From the NCBI GenBank assembly GCA_965199495.1, contig CBDASK010000003.1, positions 1,056,001-1,120,000 on the forward strand: a DNA stretch of 64,000 nt, read 5' to 3'. Origin of the DNA: Abditibacterium sp. Lineage in GTDB: Bacteria > Armatimonadota > Abditibacteriia > Abditibacteriales > Abditibacteriaceae. Positions 57,649-64,000 of this stretch are shown here, piece by piece. Below the pieces are notes generated by a model. The model did not search any database. It saw nothing but the letters and a program-made list of their open reading frames with translations, and was not told the DNA's origin. Within the stretch, counting starts at the first letter, position 1. Each line of letters begins with the position of its first letter. The position numbers were made by a program, and so were the translations under genes.

Positions 57649-58297
57649 TTTATCGCAACCGCTTTTTGATGACGCCCCGAACTGTCCGGCGCACCCGGCG
57701 GTAAACATCGAATACGAGCCTCACGGCGACGGCGGTTTGGGTTCGTGGCAGATGGAATATTTTCAGTTCGCCTCGCACACCGGCAGCCACGTCGACGCGC
57801 CGCGCCACAAAATCGCGGGCGCGCAGACGATTTCGCAGATGCCGCTCGAAGCGTTCGCGGGCGACGCGGTTTTGGCCGATTTGCGCGCGTTGGCGCCCAA
57901 CGCCGAAATCAACGGCGAAATGCTGCGTTGCGCGTTGCCGACAGATGTGCGCGGACGCATCGTGCTGATCGCGACGGGTTGGGGACAAAAGCGCGCCAAA
58001 GACGAATTATGGCTTTATCAATCGCCGCGCCTCAACGAAGACGGCGCGGCGTGGCTGGTGCAAGCGGGCGCTAAGGCGGTTGGCATAGACCATTTTTCCA
58101 TCGGCGGCGCACAGGAACCGGGTAACGCGCGCACCCACGAAATTTTGTTGGGCGCCGCAATGTGGATTTTGGAAGAATTGCGCTTTCCCGACGAAGTTTT
58201 CGGTTTGAGTTGGCCGCAAACCCTGATGGCGCTGCCAATTAACGTGGCGGATGCGTCGGGCGCGCCGTGCCGCCCGGTTTTGGTTTTGCGAGATTGA
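57635..58297 (+). CDS. Cyclase family protein (kynurenine formamidase-like)
   Basis: HTGSHVDAPRH metal motif; GID; GAPCR. Confidence 0.88.
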   Translation: MKFIDLSQPLFDDAPNCPAHPAVNIEYEPHGDGGLGSWQMEYFQFASHTGSHVDAPRHKIAGAQTISQMPLEAFAGDAVLADLRALAPNAEINGEMLRCALPTDVRGRIVLIATGWGQKRAKDELWLYQSPRLNEDGAAWLVQAGAKAVGIDHFSIGGAQEPGNARTHEILLGAAMWILEELRFPDEVFGLSWPQTLMALPINVADASGAPCRPVLVLRD

Positions 58298-58303
58298 AAA
58301 ATT

Positions 58304-59461
58304 TCAGCGACACCCTTCCCATTGCTCGACGATTTGTTCGCTCGCCCCTTCGATTTGTTCGCGCGTATTGAAACGATGCAATCCCACGCGAATTGTCGAA
58401 GCCGCGTCCGCGCGCGATAAACTCATCGCAAGCAAAGTTTGCGACGGACTGGGCGCGCCCGCATCGCAAGCCGCGCCATTAGACAAAGCCAAATCGGGCA
58501 AGCGCGCCATCAATAATGCTGCATCAACGCCCGCGAAAGTCAGGCTGGCACAATGTGGCAAACGCGATTGGGTCGCGCCGTTGAGTTTTAAATTTTGGAT
58601 AGATTGACAAAGCTCGTTCTCTAACCAATCGCGCAACGCCGCCAGACGCGCGCTTTCGCCCGTCATTTCGTTTTGACAGATTGCGCGAGCCGCGCCCATG
58701 CCGACAATGCCGGGCACATTTGTAGTGCCCGCGCGCAAACCGCGTTCTTGCCCACCGCCGATCTGTTGCGGCACGAGCAAACCGCGCAAGCCACGCCGCA
58801 ACCACAGCGCGCCGACGCCCTGCGGCCCATAGAATTTGTGCGCGCTTAAACTCATCGAATCCACGTTTAATTCGCCCACGTCGAGCGGAATTTTGCCCGC
58901 CGCCTGTGCCGCGTCGCAATGAAATAAGGCGCCGCGTTCGTGCGCCCATTCCGCCAATTCGCCCATCGGTTGAATCGTGCCAATTTCGCCGCTTGCGGCT
59001 TGCACGCAAACCAAAAGCGTATTTTCGTCAATCAACTCGCGCGCCTGTTCCAATCGAACGGTGCCCTGCCCGTCAACCGGCAAAGCGACGATTTGAAAAC
59101 CGTCATTTTCCAGCGCGCGCGCGGCTTCACTCACCGATTTATGTTCGATTGCACCCATCGCAATCGCGCGCCGCGCGCCCGTGGCTGTATGCGCGAGCGG
59201 GCCGCGAAGCGCACTGTGCGCCAATCCTCGAATCGCCAAGTTATTGCTTTCGGTCGCGCCGCTCGTCCAGATGATTTCACTTGCGCGCGTATTCAAAAGT
59301 GCCGCGACCTGTTCGCGCGCCTTTTCAACGGCTTCGTCGGCGCGCGCTCCGGCGAAGTGCGGGCTGGACGCGTTGCCGAACTGTTCATAAAAATGCGGCA
59401 ACATCGCTTCGACGACGCGCGGGTCGCAGGGCGTCGTGGCGCCCGCATCGAGATAAATCAT
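58304..59461 (-). CDS. Cysteine desulfurase (IscS/DndA/SspA-like)
   Basis: YLD..ATTP, FGNASS, TSGATESNN, SAHKFYGP, RAGT, SNGAAC catalytic Cys. Confidence 0.92.
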   Translation of the reverse strand: MIYLDAGATTPCDPRVVEAMLPHFYEQFGNASSPHFAGARADEAVEKAREQVAALLNTRASEIIWTSGATESNNLAIRGLAHSALRGPLAHTATGARRAIAMGAIEHKSVSEAARALENDGFQIVALPVDGQGTVRLEQARELIDENTLLVCVQAASGEIGTIQPMGELAEWAHERGALFHCDAAQAAGKIPLDVGELNVDSMSLSAHKFYGPQGVGALWLRRGLRGLLVPQQIGGGQERGLRAGTTNVPGIVGMGAARAICQNEMTGESARLAALRDWLENELCQSIQNLKLNGATQSRLPHCASLTFAGVDAALLMARLPDLALSNGAACDAGAPSPSQTLLAMSLSRADAASTIRVGLHRFNTREQIEGASEQIVEQWEGCR

Positions 59462-59467
59462 CGGCAA

Positions 59468-60991
59468 CTATAAATGGCAAATTAAACAGCCTTCGTTGTC
59501 ATCGTCATCAACGGCCAATAGCGAAATTAATGTTCCATCCGATTTTTGCGGTGCGTTGTCCAAACGCTTACGATGATCGGCTTTAATCTGCGCCATGCGT
59601 TGCGGCTGTTCCAATTCGTCCAGACTTTCGCGCTGATTCCAGTTCTGCTGAATTAGCGTCCGCATTTCGGATTCGTTCTGGCGCGCGCCTTCGGGATTGG
59701 TGGCGCTGTCGGTATAGGGATCGCCCGCCGCGCCGCTCGGCATATCCTGCACGACCAGCAAACCCAACTTGTCGGCCCAATAATACCAGCGCGCCGGTTC
59801 GACTTTGACGTGCTTGCGAACCGCGTTCAGCCCCAAACGTTTGGCGGCTTCGATATCGAAGCGCAACGCCGCGTCGGTCGGCGCGGTATAAATGCCGTCG
59901 GGCCAGAAACCTTGATCGAGAGCGCCCGCCAAAACAATCGGCTGGCCGTTGAACATCAAGCGCGTATTGCCCTTTGCATCGTGGCCAACCGCCAAATCGC
60001 GCATCCCAAAATACGATTTCACGCTGTCCAAAACCGCGCCGTTTTCGTCTTTGAGCGTGACCGTCAAATCATAGAGAAACGGATCGTCGGTCGTCCACGC
60101 GTGCGCGTTGGGCAACGATACGACGATTTCGGCGTTGGTTTTAATCGCCCGCGCTTGGTACCAATTCAGGTTCGCTAATGTCGCGGGCGTGAGGTCGCCG
60201 CCCAACAGGCCGTTCGCCGTGGCTACTGTTTTGGTGCCATCGGAAACCGCGACTTCGACGCGCGTTTTGCCCGGAATCGTGCGGCCATTGACGGTTAAAT
60301 TCAATTTCCCGTTCTTCAAGTCGGGCATCATTTTGAGCGACTCGACCGACGATTGCGCCACTGGTTCGAGCCAGACGGTTTGCCAGATGCCCGAAGTCGG
60401 CGTATAAAACGCGTCAACGGGATTGAGCTTTTGTTTGCCCGCCAACTGCCAACTCGTGTTGCTCGGATCGGCGACGGCGACCACGATTTCGTTTCGCCCA
60501 TCAGCTTTAAGACGCGGCGTAATATCGAACGAAAACTCATCGTAGCCACCACGATGCGAGCCGATGGATTGGCCGTTGACCCAAACCTCTGAATCCCAGT
60601 CAACCGCGCCAAAATGTAGCATAATGCGTTTACCATTCCAAGTCGGCGGAACGGTAAAACTGCGACGATACCACAATTTTTGGTCGGGCGTAAAAGTTTT
60701 CATGGCGCCCGAAAGCGCCGATTCGACCGGATACGGCACCAGAATTTGCCCGCCGAACGTCGCCGGTTGCGGCGCGTTTTTGTCGGCGATGGCGTAGTCC
60801 CACAGGCCGTTGAGATTCTGCCAATCCGAGCGCACCATTTGCGGACGCGGATATTCGGGCAGAGCGTTTTGGGGCAAGACTTCTTTCGCCCAACGCGTCA
60901 TCAGCGGGCCTTTAGCAATTTGCCAATTTTGGGCGAACATGGGTTTGGCAGAACAAAGAATGGCGGTGGCCGCGATAAAAATTGGTTTCAT
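59468..60991 (-). pseudogene. Truncated GH2 glycoside hydrolase fused in frame to an unrelated ~54-aa tail
   Basis: GH2 motifs (YPRPQ, HFGAVD, SGIWQTV, LDQGFWPDG, RKHVKVEP) end before the catalytic NE motif; tail ends GCLICHL. Confidence 0.75.
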
Positions 60992-61014
60992 GGCGAATCA
61001 ATGGGGCACGACTA

Positions 61015-63786
61015 TTATTTCGTCAATTCCGGCGCGTCCACGATAACGCGGCCCTGCGCATCCATATCAATCGGGCTGGCGGCGGGCGTGCCACGTTGGG
61101 GCGCGTTTTGCTCGCGCCGATATGAGAGCCATTTGCGACCATCCGGCCCATCGAAAACCGCCAGATGTCCGCCCTCGAACACTTTGCCGCGCGCGTCTTT
61201 CGTCCAAGGGCCAAGCGGGCTGTCCGCCGTAGCGACGCCCGTCCAGTAGCTATTATCAAAGGTTTCGGCGTGAAATAGCACGTATTTGTCGCCGATGCGC
61301 TCGACCCACGGGCCTTCGAGATAATTCGGCTTCTGGCCCAATAAAGTGCCCGCGCTGTCACAGCTCACAATTTTCGTTTCCGGGCCGAGCCATTTCACCT
61401 CGCCTTTGTTTAAATTCGTCAAATCAATTTTGCGAATAAAAATATCATATTTCGGCATCACGGCCCACGTCGCGCCATCTTTATCGGCGAACAATGTGGT
61501 ATCGCACGCGCCGTCTTTAATGTAAGTGATATTGCGATACGGCCCAGTGATGGTATCAGCCACGCCGACGAAGGCATAGCCCGCCGCGCCCCAGTTGCCC
61601 GCCGGATTGTATTCGGGTTTGCTCCAATTGTCGGCGGTAAAAATCAGATAAAAGTGGCCGTTCATCTTGTGGATTTCCGGCGCCCAGAAGCGATGTTTGT
61701 AGGGACTATCGGCGGGTAAATCGGCGGATTTGACCAACCAATTTTCCGGCTTCCACGTCTTCAAATCCTTGGACGAAAACAGTTGAATACCCGGCGACGA
61801 ACCGTGATTGGGCAAGTTCATCCGCTTATCTTCGCGGTTAGCGAACGGCCACATCGTGAAGGTCATATAGTAGGTGTCGCCCTCTTTAATAATCGCCGGG
61901 TCGCGCACTTCGCGGCGCAGGACGCCTTCGTTATCGGCGTATTGAAAATCGAACGGATTGGGAATTTGCGCGACGGCTTTGACGCCGTTGACGCGAAAAC
62001 CACTTTGCAAACCGGTGATGTCGCTGGCATTTTTGCCCGCGACCGCAATCGCCGTGTTCGCCGCGCCCAAACGCTGGATGACGTTGCCCGCGAACGTCAA
62101 ATTCTTGGCGCGCCCGACATCTACCAACGCGCCGATATTGTAATGATCGGCGCCGCGCCGATTCTCGACTTGCTGGGCGTTGAGGAACTTATTATCCCGA
62201 AAAACCGCGCCTTCGACGCCATCCAAAACCACGTTGACGCCATCGTTATTGGCGAAGGTATTATTTTCGATAGTGATATTGCGGTGCCCGCGCGCATCGG
62301 GCGCATCGCCCGTTCCGAGCAACGTCAAAACGCCCGCTTGCGCGTTCCACGGGCCAGTCGTCGTGGTGCCGCAATGCGCGAAAGTGTTGCCGCGAATCGT
62401 CACGTTACGCGCATAATTGCCCTCGCCCCACCACAGTTCCGGCCCCATCACCAGACCGGCAATCGAACTGCCGTCCACCAGATTATTTTCGACCAAACCA
62501 TCGCGCGCCTTTAATAAAAGTCCGCGCGCGCGATGATCTAATATCGTATTGTTGCGCAAAACGTAACCGTCGCCGGTCTGATCGAGATTGGAAACCACAT
62601 CGCCTTCCTGCGCCGCCAGAGCTTTGTCGAGCGTTAACTCAAAGAAGAATTTGTTGTCGCGAAAATGCGGAAACTCGGTTTCAATCGGCGCCATCAAACC
62701 GTCGGTCAACGTTTTGATGGCGGTGACGACGGCTTCTCCGCCGGGCACACCGTTTTTGCGCACCCACGTCAAATGGTCGCCAATTGCGTAGGGCGCGCCG
62801 CCCCACAATCTCATGCAAACCAGGGTGTTGCCCTCGACCTGCTGCACCATCTGGTATTCGCCGTGAATCGCGATGCCATCGTCGGGCATGCGAGTGAACA
62901 TCGAATTTTGGATCGTCGGCCCGACTTTGGCGCCCGCACTATGAAAACCATCGGCGTTCTCGCTCATCAACGGGCTGGCCGTGGCTCCAATGGGCAACGG
63001 GCCGGGCTTGGCGCTGATGCGATTGTAATGGTTGCTGCCGCCGCCAGTCTCGAACCAGCCGAAACCGCCCGAAAACTCCGCGCTCACGTCCTCGATATTC
63101 ATCTTTGTGCAACTGTCTACATGAACGCCCGTCCCGCCGCGCCCGCGCATCGAAGTTAGGTCGCCGACCTCGATTTCTTTGCCGAACGGATTATCGAACT
63201 TGACGAGAAAACGCCGCTCGCCCATGCGCTCGACGCCCGCGCTGCCGTAATCGTAGGTGTTGTTTTTCAGGCGGCGCGTCACGCGGTCGAAGATGTAGTA
63301 AGTCGTGCGCGCATCGAACTTTTTCGCGTCGTCGAGCGTGACCGGATAGCCGTCGTCAATTTGCAGCTCGAACGATTTGCGGTCGTCGGCGAGTGCAGCC
63401 ACGGCGCCCTGCGTGAACGGAATCGTGGCGTTACGAACCGTCGCGCCGCGAAAAGTCACGTTCTGGCAATTGCCGAAATAAACGCCGGTTTTAGAGTTGT
63501 CCTCCATCAAAAACGTCGCGCCAGTCGCATCAATCTCGAAGTTCTTGAGATCACGAAATTCCAGATTAGAACCTTGCTTCGATTCGGAAATACGGTAAAC
63601 GCCAGCGGGAATCACGATTTTTTTCTGGCCCGCTTTGTAGGCGTCCATAATCCTCTGCTGCAACAATTCGGGATGCTGAGTCGAGATCGTCATCGGCGGC
63701 TTTCCCTGTGCCAGAGCGCGCGAAATTAGCGGCGTCGCGCCGCTCAGAAGTAGAACGGCGCCCAGGGAAATGGAATGAAAATTCAT
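61015..63786 (-). CDS. Secreted right-handed beta-helix (GH110-like) plus GH43-family fusion
   Basis: Signal peptide; NADGFH and PDDGIAIHG beta-helix motifs; RDPAI, WAPEI and YLEGP five-bladed propeller motifs; start at MNFHS. Confidence 0.85.
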   Translation of the reverse strand: MNFHSISLGAVLLLSGATPLISRALAQGKPPMTISTQHPELLQQRIMDAYKAGQKKIVIPAGVYRISESKQGSNLEFRDLKNFEIDATGATFLMEDNSKTGVYFGNCQNVTFRGATVRNATIPFTQGAVAALADDRKSFELQIDDGYPVTLDDAKKFDARTTYYIFDRVTRRLKNNTYDYGSAGVERMGERRFLVKFDNPFGKEIEVGDLTSMRGRGGTGVHVDSCTKMNIEDVSAEFSGGFGWFETGGGSNHYNRISAKPGPLPIGATASPLMSENADGFHSAGAKVGPTIQNSMFTRMPDDGIAIHGEYQMVQQVEGNTLVCMRLWGGAPYAIGDHLTWVRKNGVPGGEAVVTAIKTLTDGLMAPIETEFPHFRDNKFFFELTLDKALAAQEGDVVSNLDQTGDGYVLRNNTILDHRARGLLLKARDGLVENNLVDGSSIAGLVMGPELWWGEGNYARNVTIRGNTFAHCGTTTTGPWNAQAGVLTLLGTGDAPDARGHRNITIENNTFANNDGVNVVLDGVEGAVFRDNKFLNAQQVENRRGADHYNIGALVDVGRAKNLTFAGNVIQRLGAANTAIAVAGKNASDITGLQSGFRVNGVKAVAQIPNPFDFQYADNEGVLRREVRDPAIIKEGDTYYMTFTMWPFANREDKRMNLPNHGSSPGIQLFSSKDLKTWKPENWLVKSADLPADSPYKHRFWAPEIHKMNGHFYLIFTADNWSKPEYNPAGNWGAAGYAFVGVADTITGPYRNITYIKDGACDTTLFADKDGATWAVMPKYDIFIRKIDLTNLNKGEVKWLGPETKIVSCDSAGTLLGQKPNYLEGPWVERIGDKYVLFHAETFDNSYWTGVATADSPLGPWTKDARGKVFEGGHLAVFDGPDGRKWLSYRREQNAPQRGTPAASPIDMDAQGRVIVDAPELTK

Positions 63787-63839
63787 GATTTCGATGGTGT
63801 GAAAATTGGAGAAAATGGTGCCGCACCACTTCGCCGCGA

Positions 63840-63998
63840 CTAATGCCCGTTGACGTGGGCCAGTTCCAATGGCAAAAAGAACAAGCTCAACGCCAATTCC
63901 GGTTGTGTCGGAATCAGCACGCGCACCATAACGGGAGCGCCATTCGCCACAATTTTTTCCGCGACCGTCCCCATCACCTCGCGGCCAATCCATTCGCT
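63840..63998 (-). CDS. Partial ORF end, possibly a truncated CHAT-domain protein
   Basis: Minus frame reads SEWIGREVMG...VRVLIP...FFLPLELAHVNGH*, then TAG at 63840-63842. Confidence 0.35.
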   Translation of the reverse strand, partial: SEWIGREVMGTVAEKIVANGAPVMVRVLIPTQPELALSLFFLPLELAHVNGH

Positions 63999-64000
63999 TA

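Noticed and set aside
133..63404. GCAGCCACG as a Chi or KOPS site
   Set aside because: The orientation split of about 19:15 shows no strand polarity within the window
1..64000. tRNA, rRNA, integrase, transposase or prophage genes
   Set aside because: None recognised by eye; a tRNAscan-SE/Infernal run is needed to exclude small RNAs

Overview
Bacterial chromosomal window of roughly 57-60% GC (estimated by eye). The DUF1559/H-X9-DG prepilin-like proteins and many orphan secreted proteins suggest an Armatimonadota/Abditibacteriota-like organism; this is an inference only. Housekeeping genes: sdhB, UbiD/MqnL decarboxylase, ubiE/menG, mrdA, mutS2, uvsE, birA, nadC, aroC, gltB. Accessory content: (1) an expanded RNA-repair locus with hen1, an NDT-like gene, an RlaP-type nucleotidyltransferase, a TrmH methyltransferase and pnkp, plus kptA elsewhere; (2) a CHASE2-adenylate cyclase next to a FecR/Pro-rich/beta-rich protein; (3) two toxin-antitoxin pairs and an orphan Imm21-like gene; (4) a DprE1/DprE2-like pair; (5) sugar catabolism genes; (6) a GH2 gene fused in frame to what looks like the tail of an SspD/PAPS-reductase, followed by a DndA/SspA-like cysteine desulfurase, suggesting a relic phosphorothioation locus. 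The strongest unexplained signal is the 9-mer GCAGCCACG: about 34 hand-counted copies on both strands against about 1 expected, resembling a DNA-uptake or protein-binding sequence. At least three families of long intergenic palindromes (REP/REPIN/MITE-like) are present. No rRNA, tRNA, CRISPR array or transposase was recognised. All family assignments come from motif recognition, not database searches.
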